Source of the DNA: Octopus sinensis
Taxonomy: Eukaryota
NCBI RefSeq assembly: GCF_006345805.1
Contig: NC_043006.1
Location: forward strand, 17,546,001-17,610,000
Reading direction: 5' to 3'
DNA: 64,000 bases
The notes beneath the pieces are model-generated. The model saw only the letters and a program-made list of their open reading frames with translations. It had not been told where the DNA came from and did no database searches. The translations under genes and the position numbers were made by a program. Positions 1 through 13,380 of the stretch are shown one piece after another; the first letter of the stretch is position 1; the number at the start of each line of letters is the position of its first letter.

Positions 1-272
1 GGTTGTACCTGAGCATCATCAGTCAACAGGTGTTGTTTGTTTCCAGTTTTCTCTGAAAACATGTTCAGCCATGCAGAAAAAAAAAAAAGAACCTTCTTGA
101 AAACAATTGAATATTTCTGACATGAAACGTCTCTGGTTATAAAAAAATCTGCCTCAAAGATTTCTGTCTGACACATGCAGGAACAGAAACGTTGACATTA
201 AAGTGGTGATGATGGTGGTGGTGGCAGTGGTGGGTGTATGCTTTGTATGTTCACTCTGAAATATTGTCTACC

Positions 273-505
273 TATTTCTTTACTGCTCACAAGGGGCTAC
301 ACACAAAGGGGACAAACAAGGACAGACAAATGGATTAAGTCAATTATATCCATCCCAGTGTGTAACTGGTACTTATTTAATCAACCCCGAAAGGATGAAA
401 GGCAAAGTCGACCTTGGGGGAATTTGAACTCAGAACGTAGTGGCAGATGAAATACCGCTAAGCATTTTGCCCGGTGTGCTAACGATTCTGCCAGCTTGCC
501 GCCTT
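273..505 (-). mobile_element. SINE family A (tRNA-like head; central 'gaggtcgactttgcctttcatcctttcggggtcgat' block resembling the MetaSINE domain)
   Basis: Homologous to copies at 9431, 34960, 38085 and 57122; flanked by an 18-bp TSD tctgaaatattgtctacc (255-272 and 506-523). Confidence 0.85.
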
Positions 506-1245
506 TCTGAAATATTGTCTACCATCATAGATATTATGTGGTACTGATAGACTTCTCTATCGAATGCCATCAGGATGTATTCTGCTATTAGCAGAAGTAC
601 TTCTATAAAAGATTTCTGTTTATGAAATTATGTGATAAGCTTTTTGTTTTATTTGAACATTGTTATGTCTGTTTATTGCTTCTTACTCTATAAAATGGTA
701 TAGATATTTTGCGTGTTGCTGATTTCTTCTTTTATTTACTTCTAAGCCAGTGTTCTTATCTTAGTTGTAGGTGAACTGCACCTGCTTAGAAAATATCAAA
801 TGAATAATACACAATCAATATTTGAACCAAATAAGACAATACCTTAGAGAATGACTGAAATGAACCAGTCTGAATCAAATGCTAGGCTCCACAAAGTCTT
901 ATATATTTTACTCAGTATATTCCAAATAGTTGAAAGGAATCACATTGAGATCATAATAGGTGTCTCATGCACACAGAAAACAATAATATACAGACAAATA
1001 TTGAATGATCTATGAGAAAAGTATTAAATTGGATGATTAAATGAGAAATATATAATTCTATAATAAATTTTCAGTTAAGCACATGGAGTAGAACTAAGTG
1101 TTTGAAACCTTCATACTTCATATTTAATCACACATTTTAACGATAACAGAATATTCTTTGAATATAACCAAGCTCAAGCAAGCAACACATTGTTCAAAAA
1201 GATGTGTTGCTAAATTTGAAATTTTGATTTTATCTTTGTTCTTAG

Positions 1246-1321
1246 CTTCCATATTTTGGAAGATAAAGAGTTTCATTCAAAACTGTTGAAAGCAATTATT
1301 GGGTTCCTGGAGTTTGAATCG
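1246..1321 (+). CDS. Candidate internal coding exon (76 nt; FHILEDKEFHSKLLKAIIGFLEFES), gene unknown
   Basis: Pyrimidine-rich acceptor ttttatctttgttcttag, one open frame, donor TCG|gtaaaa. No homology recognised. Confidence 0.25.
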
Positions 1322-3428
1322 GTAAAAATGTACCGACTCCAGTTCGAAATTAATGTAAATTGTAATCTAATTCATTAAAATTTTCAATTTCACAGATACT
1401 AATTCAAATGTTCTGAACTGAAAATAGTCAAATTAGATTTATGGGCTTCCCTGAAGCAACTCTTGTTTCCAAGAACAACATATTAAAAAAAATTGGGGTT
1501 TGGATTTTGAACTAAATCACTCCACCACCCCCGACTTCTTTTGCAATACATCTTTTTTTTAAAAAATCTGTAGGGATGAATCTTTTACTTATTAACAGCA
1601 TTGTCGTGGCCAATGCTGGCGTCACATAATTAGCATCCATGCCAGTGGCACGTAAAAAGCACCCTTCATAAATTGGGCCTCATGGTGGCAATGATTTGTT
1701 TAATTTAATGTAATTTTTCTCATTACATTCACTAAAAATTTACATCTAAACAATGCTTTAACCTCAAAAAATGAGGTATTTACATCTCAAATTGAATTTA
1801 TTTCTTTTAAAATAATCATTTGTTGAGTTTGTGTTGTTTAGTCTTTTAGTTATAATTTTGATGAATGCAAGATTTTCCTGATTTTTTCATATTTTTTTTA
1901 CTTTATGACCTTTGATAAAAGCAACCTTTTAAGAGTTTGTGAGTTTTATTTAATGCTTAATGTTTTGTAATTTCTTGATTAAATAATACTATAAAGAAAA
2001 TATTGTAATGGCATAACTGTAGTTTTTACATCCAAAGAGGTTACGGTACTAAAATGTAGCTCAGTGAGTCATTAGCACACTTGAAAAAATGCTTAGCAAC
2101 ATTTCATCCATCTTTACAATCTGAGGTGAAATTCTGCTATGGTTGACTTTGCTTTTCATCCTCTCGATAGATAAAATAAATAACAATCAAATACTGGGGT
2201 CAATTTAATCAACTTGCTCCATCCCCCAAAAATTGCTAGCCTTGAGCCAAAATTTTAAGCCAATTTTAGAAATACATAATTGGTTTAGTTACAAATAATG
2301 TACTAAGAATTGTTGATACTTAAACTGATGATCTGGAATCAAAGTTTTTTGTGTACTGTCTCAAAGGCCCTGCTTTTTACTCCCTCTCTTCAGAAAGCAA
2401 AGTATCTCAATATATGAGTCACTAAGGTAAAGAATTACAGAATTTAAATGTTTGATATTCTCTCTCTAACACGTGAGCGAATTGTTCCTGAGGTTTAATT
2501 TTGGCTGATGTTGATTCTGAACTTAAGTTTCATCTGCTTCAATTTGAATTTGTAATTTTACATTCAAACTCCTATAGAACTTAATTTATATGTTTTATTT
2601 TTCCATTTCTTAGTTTATTTAGTTAACTATAGTTATGTTGGATACAAATTTGGAGATGCTTTTTCAAACAACTGTTATTTGAGTAGCAGGAATGAGAAAT
2701 TAGATGATAAATCCTTAGAATGGATTTACCATATTTGTATATGCAAATTTGATTGATGATCATCGTCTAATTGAGCTTATTTGGATTTGCCTGAATTAAC
2801 CATGGCACCTGCTCTGATCTTGCATAGCAATTAGGAGGTCAGTGAAGTATAAGCCTGTCTGGTCAATGAAATATTTTGCTCGACAGGCAACGTATGTATA
2901 GTCATGTTGGAATCTTCATAGGATTGTATCACTAATGAATTATTACTTTGCTCTTCAGCAATGCCCTTGTACTTCTCTTTCTCTGATGATATCAGGAATT
3001 ACAGAAACACTACTATTCAGTCTCTGTTTGGTTAGATGCTTTTTTCCAAAAGATATTCAGTGTTCAAAACAAAAAGGTTGGTGGAAAAAAATTGGACCCA
3101 AATCTGGAAGTAAAGTCTCAGAGTAATTAACTCTTTTGTTACCATAGTTCTTTGGAAATGCCTTATAGAAATATCCAGTATTGGGAGAGGCAGTTAGTTT
3201 ACCAAATTTTGGAAATAATGATGAGTTTAGTAAAATAACTTTGTCACTATTAAGCTGGTGCTTCAAATACAAAATTGACAGGAATTTTTGAAGGAATGTT
3301 TTACTGTAGATCACTTTAAAACATTAAAGTTTGTATCATAGAACCAGGAGGAAGTTGGTATCAAAACATTTAAGCTGGTATTCAGAACATGAAATTTGGA
3401 CAGAAGGTTATATTTTGGATTGCTTTAA

Positions 3429-3625
3429 CCCTTTAGCATTCAGATTACTCTGTCAAATGTAAAGCCTGTTTAATTACATTGTTTTAAATTAATTGCACAG
3501 CATCTTGTAACTCTGAGATTTTGATAATGTCCCTGTTTATTTTTAGAATGATTTTGTAGGGTAGGTGTGAGAGGTTTGAGCATAAAGCAGGAAAACCATT
3601 TTGGTCTGATATAGCCGGTTTAAAC
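3429..3625. mobile_element. piggyBac-like MITE (ttaaccctttagcattcag family), degenerate
   Basis: Starts TTAA-CCCTTTAGCATTC. Related pieces at 41560-41990, 45705-45915, 50020-50222 and 62230-62445. Confidence 0.6.
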
Positions 3626-4713
3626 AATAAGTCTGTATCAAAGAAGCAGAAGCTTGTTGATATGGGAAGGGTTGATGCAGAACAAAGAAAAGAATGAAAG
3701 TATATTTTGCAATTAAAATGATTTGGCCTTTCGTTTTATTAAGATATTAAACAGAAGTAACTGTTATAATGTAATTAATATCTTTGTGAAATCTAATCTA
3801 TGTATATGTGAGATTATCTGATTCTTATTCTATTGCTGTCCTATATTTTGTATTTACCAGCACCTGATTAAAATGGGATACAGTGACACTTTGTTGATGA
3901 ATTTCTGTTGTATTTCCCTTAGGCAAGGAACATTACTTGACCCGTTTACTTAGCTAAAAAGTAGTTTCTCGTATTAGATTTCTCTGTAATATTCATTTTT
4001 GATTTCTGTCTTACAATTAATTAATTATATGTTCTTATGTCTATTGAACACTTAATTTGAGAATTTAGCTTAAATTCATGAAATATTTCATAAGAATAAT
4101 TCAAACAAGTTCAAATACTAAAAAATAAATTTAGCTGTCTTTGGTTTTATAGGTTTCTATCTGTAGGCTGTAGCCATACTGGAGCACCACTCTAATGCTG
4201 TTCTTGGTGCAGCTTTCTGTTACTTTTCTCTATAAATTATGTGTTCATCACCTGACTGGTCTCCTACTACCGTCCTGTCAAAGGTTCAACTCCAGAACAC
4301 ATTTCATTCTGGTACCTTTTATGTTTATTTTTTTTATATATGTAACTGGATGCAACTCAGTACACCAGTAAACATATAAACAAAATCACAGATATATGCA
4401 GATATTACAAGATGGGCTTCTGTTCAGTTTCCATCTACCAAATTTAACCCACATTGATCAACATTAGACCACAGTAGCAGACACTTGACCAAGATATTGT
4501 CAAATTGTGGAGTAAGATTGAATTTGGAACCATGCTGTTGTTAAACGAAGTTCTTTATTTAGACTGTAGGCACAACCAAAGCCATATGGTTAACGAGAGA
4601 AAAAAAAAGTGGGTGGTAGGGAGAATTCCTTTCAACAACGGATATTCAGTTATAGAAATATCCAGTATTTCGAGAGGCATTTAGTTAACAACTATCTTTG
4701 ATTGATGGTTTAA

Positions 4714-4938
4714 CCCTTTCGTTACCAACCCGGCTCTGGCTCTGAATACAAATGTCTTCATAATGTTTCAAATGTTTTCATAAGTTTCGAATTAAAATCT
4801 TCCACCAAACCTTAGTCACAATTTATGTTCCTAACACTAGCTTAATGATAACTAAGTTGTTTTACTAAATTCTTTGTTATATTTAAAGTAATTGAAAGAA
4901 ACACAGAGAATCTCAAAATAAATACAGTAACGAAAGGG
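4714..4938. mobile_element. piggyBac-like MITE
   Basis: TTAA on both sides; TIRs CCCTTTCGTTAC / GTAACGAAAGGG. Same family in opposite orientation at 6897-7121 and 50589-50787. Confidence 0.85.
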
Positions 4939-5589
4939 TTAAGTTGTGGTTTGAATTAGCTGAGTCAATCATAAATCATGGAATGAACTAAAAAACAGAA
5001 AAATCAGTTTTTAATATATATATGACCAAATGTTAGAGAACTAAGAGATTTACAATTGCTTTCTTTCTCAGTATTCAGTTTGATCCACTCTCTGTTTCTC
5101 TATATCAGTATGGCCATTGTTGAAATTGCTGATTATATCCTTAGGTGCTGGCATGACTGTGATAAAAGGAGATCACAGGTCAATCAAGTGGACTTGTAGT
5201 CAGTCCTACTGTTTGACATGGACAAGTGTCTTGTAGCTCCAGGCCAACCAATGCATATCAGCAAATTTAGTAGATGGAAACTGTTTGAAGCCTATTATGT
5301 GTGTATATATTTGAATGTGTGTGTATATATACACATACACACATTGAAGTAGAAATCAAACTCGGTGACTGGCATCCGTAGCTAGTGGTGCGCTAAGAGT
5401 ACCATATGAGTGAGATCGTTGCCAGAGCAACAAGCTGGCCTTTGTGCCGATGGCACGTTAATCACACCATTCGAGCGTGATCGTTACCACGTCACTTTAC
5501 TAGCACTTGTGCTGGTGGCACATGAAAAAACATTCAAGCGAGGTTGTTGCCATTGCTGCTGGACCGGTTCCTGTGCAGGTGTTTCGCTC

Positions 5590-5678
5590 ATAAACACACA
5601 TTGCCCGGTCTGAGATTCGAACCCACGATCCCTCGACCGCGAGTCCACTGCTCTAACCACTAGGCCATGTGACTCCAT
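5590..5678 (-). mobile_element. tRNA-derived SINE head (family D-like), joined to a family C fragment on + (about 5370-5545)
   Basis: Minus strand reads tggcctagtggttagagc...gggttcgaatc (A-box and B-box like). Confidence 0.7.
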
Positions 5679-6863
5679 GTCCACCACATGTGAACTCAGA
5701 AAAGTGGACATTAAACCGATGATGGTAGTATCTACGCCTGCCTACTACTATGTCCTCTGTTTTGCACTGATATTGTGATAAAAATTCTGGAGCCAGCTTT
5801 CCGGAAAGCTTTTCTTTTCATATTGAACATTTGAACTGCTAATATTTAGATGCTATTTCCTTTGATGAATTCCTATCTTGCTTTTTGCATAAATTAAATA
5901 AACAGTGATCTTTTTAAATGCATGGGAAAAAATTTTTTTTCTCTTCTATAAAGAGAAACATTACATTTTAATTTACAGTTGTTTGGGAAACGTTTGCTTT
6001 CTTGTTCAGAACCCGTTTGATCGCCCAAGATTCCTTTTTTCCCTCTACACTATTAATGGATTGCAAGCTTGTCTCCTGTTTTGTGTTGCTTATTGAAATA
6101 CTTATTGACATATTTCTTTTTTTTTTACTTATAAAATGCTTTTTAACAGTTCTTCAATTATTTATGTATTTATTAGATATTTCTTCAGCTGTCTTGATAA
6201 TTAGAATTATGAAGTGGTATTGATGTCTTGCTGAATATATTCGAATGGTGTAAACATTCAAAGCAAGAGTAACCGAAAAATGTATTCTTTTGAATCACTT
6301 TGAGGTGATGGATTACATTTTGTTTCTATGTATAAACATGAAAGGAAGGGAAAAGATGCAGGTGCTGTGTGCACTGGTGTGTGGTCAAGAATTTGTTTCC
6401 CATCCATGTGGTTTTAGGTTCAGTATCACTGCATGGTACTTTGTATAAGTGTCTCCAGCCTTAGCTCCAGTCTGACCAAAACCTTGTGGATTTGGTTGAT
6501 GGAAAGTGAAAGTGAAAGAAACCCATTGTGTGTGTGTGTGCACAAGTATCTATAAGTGTGTGTTCATGTAGGTGCCTGTGTGGGTTTGTATCTGTGTTAT
6601 CACATGATAATTGTGAATGAGTGTCACTGTCATACAAGCAAGGTCCTTTCATGGAAACATGTCCAGCCATGAGTAAAATATTCCCTTCTTGGATATAGAA
6701 CAGGGTGGACAACGTGAAGAGCATCCAACCATAGGACAATCTGCCCCAACAAATTTCTATCCAACTCATGCAGGCAAGGATGTTAAAACAATAATGATGA
6801 TGAACTGTTAAAAAAAATAAATGTTGACAATAAATGGATGTAATATATTAATGTTGGAAGTTT

Positions 6864-7311
6864 TACGAAGGGGTGCTGAAAGTTTCCTGGCTTTAACCCT
6901 TTCGTTACTGTATTTATTTTGAGATGCTCTGTGTTTCTTTCAATTACTATAAAAATAACAAAGAATTTTGTAAATTAACTTAGTTAGTTATCATTCAGCT
7001 AGTGTTAGGAACATAAATTGTGACTAAGGTTTGGTGGAAGATTCTAATTCAAAACTTATGAAAGCAAGACCTTTGTACTTCAGAGACAGAGCCAGTTTCA
7101 GCCAGGTTGGTAGCGAAAAGGTTAAGAGTATTGTGAAAGGCCTAGTTGGAGGTCCAACCTTCCGAGTTCTTTTACAGAGCTTAGGAAAACTGGACCACTT
7201 CAAGAAGTGTGTGAATCTGAGAGGGGAATTTATTCAATAAAATCATAATTAACTGATCCTCCTGTATTTTCTTTTACCCAAAGCCAGGAACTTTTCAGCA
7301 CCCCTCATGTA
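6864..7311 (+). mobile_element. Internally deleted mariner element carrying a nested piggyBac MITE
   Basis: TA-flanked TIRs tacgaaggggtgctgaaagtttcctggcttt / aaagccaggaacttttcagcacccctcatgta. Residual transposase C-terminus ...KKCVNLRGEFIQ* ends at 7240. Confidence 0.8.
6897..7121. mobile_element. piggyBac-like MITE nested in the mariner element
   Basis: TTAA at 6893-6896 and 7122-7125; TIRs CCCTTTCGTTAC / GTAGCGAAAAGG. Confidence 0.85.
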
Positions 7312-7379
7312 TAGTTTATAAAGTAACATTTATGTTCTTTATATTGGGTCTTTTAGTTTATACTCTGTTCTTGTTAGTA

Positions 7380-7850
7380 AGGAAGAAGATATGATTCTAC
7401 CATCTTCAGAGAACTGAACGTGCTCGATATACAGAAAAGTGGTTGGTAGGAATTATATATAGTGTACTCGTCACAAATTATGGATGCATGAAAAGTATAG
7501 TGGGATCATAAGCAGGCTACTGTGATCACAGGCAGGCTGACTGAGAAGGCAAACTTAATATTTGATAGATGTTGTACAGGTATGGTTAGCAGTAAGAGCA
7601 CTTGTAAAATAAATTATTCCAAATGCTTAGTAATTTCCATAGAAGTAGTTGGTAGCTTTCTGTTTCCTAGGTGGCCTAATTAACAGTGTAGGTAGGGAGC
7701 TGTTTCAAAAGAATAGTAAGCAGAGTAAGCCTGGGTGGAAATAGTTACAAGAGGATTATCTCTCCAAGTTAAGGGTAGATTGTATGATACTTTCTATATG
7801 AAAGCAAACCATAGGCATTGAATGTGGAGATGTGTGAAGGCTGAGCCATC
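7380..7850 (+). pseudogene. Decayed RTE-clade LINE reverse-transcriptase fragment
   Basis: Frameshifted remnants resembling the RTE RT C-terminal region: Cys-rich C..C.KGVG..SI.C segment, SFCFLGG (FxYLG motif) and KGRLYD. Confidence 0.6.
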
Positions 7851-7861
7851 TGGTTTTGACT

Positions 7862-7996
7862 GAGGGCTGGCAGAGTTTCATCCAGCTGTAGAAACTCTGC
7901 CAGATCAAGATTGGAGCGTGGTTCGCCAGCCCTCATTCAAAATCGTCCAACCCATGCTAGCATGGAAAGCGGACGTTAAACGATGATGATGATGAA
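7862..7996 (+). mobile_element. SINE family C 3' end with (GAT)n tail and a 5'-inverted segment
   Basis: ...aacccatgctagcatggaaagcggacgttaaacgatgatgatg tail; upstream ttttgactgagggctggcagagtttc is the reverse complement of internal family sequence. Confidence 0.75.
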
Positions 7997-9430
7997 GTGA
8001 GTGTACTCCCCTGGATGTCTAATGTTAGTATATTTGAATGAAGAGGGCCAACTGAGTTGAGATAAAACCTGGGTTTATTATAAAGGTATCAAACTCCCAT
8101 CAAAAGGCATGTAGGCATTTGAATGAACCTTAGCAAATTACTGGTACCTATTTTATAAGCATGGGTAATAAAACGGTTGTTTCTTCAATTTAAATTTTAA
8201 TATTTTATTCCTCTAATTCTTTTAAATCTGTCTTTTTGAAATATTTGTGTTTTGTTTATTATAGTGAAATTAATTCATTTTTGATCAGCTTAAAATTTTG
8301 AAATTTTATTGATTATATACCTTTGATAAGATTACGTTGTTAACAAACATTGTTTCTGTTGTTTTTCTTTTAAAACTTTGAGTGTTGGTTACTCTTTTGA
8401 TATTGATTTATGTCTTTTCTTTTCTTTTTCTTATGCTTTCATAACTTTATTCAAGATCAGAGAATTTTGGAGGGGAAAAAAAAAGTATTAGCTACTAAAA
8501 TATCCTACACCATGAAGTTTATGTGTCTGTGTGTGTGTGCACACACAGACACACACGAACAAACATTATGAAAAAGCAATATCTATCAATGATTCTCTCT
8601 TGGCAGTTTGTAAATTCTATATGATTTAATTAAAGAAGTGAGGTGCAAAGTTAATCTTTGTGGTTTTTCAAATCCAGACCCATGATCAAAGGCATTCCAG
8701 CTGTGACCATCTTACTGTTTTTTTTTTTTCTTTTTAGTTCAGGGCATTTTGAAATAATATGATCTTATATTATTTCAATTTTTAATATGTGAATTTGATG
8801 CTAATTTTCTAGCAAGTCAACCAACTGTAAAAACTCATTCACTTGTTGACTCTAGCTGAGTTGTTTGTAAAGAAAGCAGATTTTTTAATGCAAATTCCTA
8901 CATGAGTTTTCACATGTGTATTTGGATTTCGCTTATTATTTTTTATCATAATTTTTTTTTGCTTTTGGTGTCTGCATGGTTGTATGGTTAACAAGTTTGC
9001 TTCCCTATCCACATAGTTTTAAGTTCATTCCCGCTGCCCGGCATCTTGGGTGACTGTCTTCTACTACAGCCCCAGGCTAACCAAAGTCTTGAGTGGATTT
9101 GGCAGGCAGAAAGATGCCTGGTATATGTGTAGAGTTTTCTGGACAAGAGGGAATATGACCTTACTTGAAAACAGGTGAAAGTTGACAAGAAGAAGTGCAT
9201 TTGATTATGGAAAATCTACTTTATTGAATTTTGTCTGACCCATGCAAGCATGGCAGAGTTGATGTTAAAATGATGATGATGATTTAATACACATGGGTCC
9301 ATATTTCTTGATTTCACATTTGATCAAGGTCTGTTTTGTGCATGTCTTTTGGTGTCTGTTGGTAGATGAATACCAAAGTTTGTGTGTGCATATGAATGCT
9401 TTAGAGGCAAGTGAAGCTAAACTCATAAGG

Positions 9431-9832
9431 CAGAAACGTTAGCACACCAGACGAAATGCTTAGCGATATTTTGTCTGCCGTTATGTTCCGAGTTCAAATT
9501 CCGCTGAGGTTGACTTTGCTTTTCATCCTTTCAGGGTCGATAAATTATGTACCAGTTACACACTCGGGTCGATGTAATCGACTTAATCCATTTTTCTGTC
9601 CTTGTTTGTCCTCTCTATGTTTAGCCCCTTGTGGGTAGTAAAGAAATAGGTATTTCGTCTGCCGTTACGTTCTGAGTTCAAATTCCGCTGAGGTCGACTT
9701 TGCCTTTCATCCTTTCGGGGTCGATTAAATAAGTACCAGTTACACACTGGGGTCGATGTAATCGACTTAGTCCCTTTGTCTGTCCATGTTTGTCCCCTCT
9801 ATGTTTAGCCCCTTGTGAGCAATAAACAAATA
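9431..9832 (+). mobile_element. SINE family A head-to-tail dimer
   Basis: The body is repeated after gtagtaaagaaata|ggtatttcgtctgccg; the second unit lacks the head. Confidence 0.8.
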
Positions 9833-10509
9833 AGTGAAACTAAACTCATAAAATGATCAAATTTGGAAAAAGTTAAACAATCAAAAATGTTTGAAAATGC
9901 AATCTCTAGGGACTGTTATGTCAGACGGTATGCGGTAGTTCTCATGTTGAGACTAGATTAATATTTTTTCTTCAAAATTTATGTTTTAGAAAATTTTCTG
10001 TTATAGCATTTTATGATTGTTAAATATCTCCATTTGTGAGCTTTATTAGAAATTGTGTGATATTTTTTTTCCAGTCAATTCTCTGGCGTAACTACAGTTT
10101 AGATTCCTCATAATTATGATTATTCGAATTTGATTTTCTCAGTAATTACAATTAACACTAATTATTTAAGTTAATTCATAATTTCATAAAATATCACATA
10201 ATTAAAAGGAAAAAAAAAAAAAATTTATTGATTGGGTGTGGGGAAGCTCATAGCGTAATTTATTTCAATTATTTTCATGTTTAATTTACATCTTATGATC
10301 TGGGCTTTAAACTTAATACCAAAAAAAAAAAAAAAATTCAGAAATAGAATTTATTTTCAGACGTACGCTGAAAACCTTTTGTTATGATCACTTTGGGAGC
10401 AGATTAATTTAGCTGGCTGATAACATTAAGCAAAGATTATAACGATATCCTGAGTGTGATTGGGAACTGCCAACCTTGATAACAATAACCATTTGATATT
10501 GTATATGCA

Positions 10510-10965
10510 GGCATGGCTGTATGGTCAAAAAGTTTGTTTCCTGACCACATTGTTTCGGGTTCAGTCTCACTATGTGGCATGTTGAGTAGGTGTCTTCCGT
10601 TGTAGTCTGAGGGTGAACAAAACCTTGTGAGTGGATTTGGTAGATGGAAACTGAATGAAGCTCAATGCATATATAAATGTGTGTGTGTGTGTGTGTCCAC
10701 GCTTGTGTATTTGTGTCCCCTTAACATGACATTACGTGATAGCTATAAGTGAGTGTCATTGTCATGTAAAATGGAGTCCCTTATTTCCAGTCATCCATGG
10801 AATTATGTCCAGTCTTGGGGAAATATTATCTTGCTAGGAAACAGTTGAGGGTTGGTGACAGGAAGGGCATCTGGCTATAGAAAATCTCCCTTGATAAATT
10901 CTATCTGACCCATGCAAGCGGGGAAAAGTAAATGTTAGACCACTGATGATGATGGTGATGGTGAT
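10510..10965 (+). mobile_element. Degenerate SINE family B (CORE-like) with a family C-type tail
   Basis: ggcatggctgtatggt head, gtgagtggatttggtagatggaaactg block, ggaagggcatc block, (GAT)n tail. Similar old copies at 6350-6800, 22720-23065, 35640-36060(-), 43900-44160(-) and 59560-60090. Confidence 0.65.
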
Positions 10966-13184
10966 CATCATCAGCAGCAGCATCTATCTTTCAGATCATT
11001 AGGAAGTTGAGTTGAGATATTAAAAAAAAAAATAATAAAAATGATATAGTCTGTTTTTTTTTCCTTTTTCTCTTTAATTTATTATCTTCTTATGCATATC
11101 ATAAGGTTTTATATTTAATAAGATTTAGTTTTCTGATTTGATTTTTTTAAAAAAGATATTAATTCTTTTAAACTCCTGAGAGATTATGATTTTATCCAAA
11201 TAGATATATTAGTTAAATACAAGTTAATTTTAATTTTTCATTTCACTATCATCCTCGTAATTTTATGACCATCTTTGATGCTGCTATAAATTACACAATT
11301 TGATTGATTCGAAGACTACACCAAGCTCCAATATCTGCCTTGGCATGGTTTTGAAACCTGAATGCCCTTCTTAACATCAACCAATTTACAGAGTGTACTT
11401 AGTGCTTTTTTCATGACACAGCACTAGTGAGGCTGCCATCAGCTTGCATTACAATATGACTAGTACTGACTGATACCTAAATTGTTACTCTTCTATCAGA
11501 TAATCTTAATCAGCAAAGCAAGGAATACATATGGTTTTTTAAGCCCATTTGTTAACATATTTCTCTTGAAATACATTGCTTTTCTTTCATTAATTTTTGA
11601 AAATAACGAAACATTTAATAAAATATTTTTGTTATTATTAAGGTGGGACTTGGAACATAAACATGAAATTATGATGGGAAGTTTTAATTTAAGTTACTTC
11701 AAAAAAGAGATTTGTGTCATAGATCAAGGGGTAGTGACAGGGGTGTGAGGTTAGAATGAAAAAAGTTAATAAATTTTGTTTCAGATTCAGTTTTTTTCTT
11801 TTATTTTTTTCAAAATAAAAGATTTCCATTTTCCTAATCAAAACACATCTTGTGAAAAAGATTTGAAAGCTTCAGAATAAAAAAAAAAAAGTCTTACTTC
11901 GTTGAACTATGGGGTGGTTTCTACGTGATGCTAATTAAGATGTAAATTTCCAATTAAAGCAGCTCTCTATCTAATTAAATTTATTGGTGTTGTCATGTAC
12001 TAATTATGAAATGCCTGATGACTGAACACGTTCTGGAGGTTAATATATCAAAGACAAAACCAATGTATTGTTTGTAATCTGATATATTCTTCTGAAGTTA
12101 AAATGCTGTTTCCCTGCTTGCTCTTTTACTCTGTTATTTGTTTTAGTTATTGAACTCTGGCCATGCTAGAACACCAACTTGTAGGGTTAGTTGGACAATT
12201 TGACTGCAGTATTTCAAAAAAATTTTTTTGAAGTCTGATACTTTATTCTACTGATTCTGTTTGCAAAACTAACATTAGTTGTCAAGCAGCAAGGGAACAA
12301 AGGTAAACACAGACACATACCATGGGTTTCCACATTTTCTGGGTACCAAATACACTCACAAAGCATTGGTTGGCTTATGGGTCTTTAGCACCATGGGACT
12401 GAACCTGAGACCATGTGGTTGAGAAGTTTGCTTTCAACCACATAGCCATGCCTCTGCTTAACTATGCAATGTGCCTTTCATGCTTCCAATAACATGTTTG
12501 AAAGAAAAGCTGTCCCTCATAAACACAAGTATATTACAAATATATATGGTTCTTCATTAATAAGAGCTGAATCTCATTAAATCTAATTAGTACAATTGTA
12601 ACTATCTCAATTCTGCTCAGTCTCACAGCAATGATGATGATTAACATAGAGTGTTGGCTAAAAACTTATACACATAAAGGTTTTTAGCCTATAATACATT
12701 ATAGCAATGTTAATCATAATAATTTCAATCTTCACTTTTTCCATACTTGCATGAGTCCCACAAAGTTTATTGAAGCAGATTATGTTTATATACATGATAT
12801 GTTCATGGACTGAAAAGAAAGGAACACCTGTATATGCTGTATAGTTCAGCTTTGGAATTTTGTCAGCAACTGTGCACCTTCCTTAACTATCCATGAAGAT
12901 ACTGTGTATAAACTTTCTGATAGACCAACTTGCATATTCCATTTGTTTTACATCCATTTTTCCATGCTTGCAGGAGTTGATGAATATATTATTTGAAACA
13001 TTGTTTTAAAGCTGGATTCTCTTCTGGGTGTCAACCCTTTCAAGTATGGGATCACTTATCCCATACTGCTTTGACAGCTCGAAGTTTCCAGATGATTTGT
13101 TGACAGGAAAATTTGACATCACTGCATGTTGCACTTTTACACAAACAGTTGCAGGTGTAAACAAGCATACACATATTGTGGCCT

Positions 13185-13380
13185 CACTAGTGCTGGTGCT
13201 ATCAACCCCCCCCCCCAAAAAAAAAACCCCAGATGATGTGAAGTTGTTGCAATTCAGAAAGGCATCCAGCTGTAGAAACCATGCCAAAGCAGACATTGAA
13301 GCACAAAAAACTCTTCAGATCTGTCAAACCATCTAACCCATGCCTGCAAGAAACATAGATGTTAAATGATGATGATGATA
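13185..13380 (+). mobile_element. SINE family C (RTE-type tail)
   Basis: ggcatccagctgtagaaac...aacccatgc...gatgatgat. Confidence 0.7.

Noticed and set aside
7380-7450. Apparent exon (GRRYDSTIFRELNVLDIQKSG or YHLQRTERARYTEKW)
   Set aside because: Part of the decayed RTE LINE that continues to about 7850.
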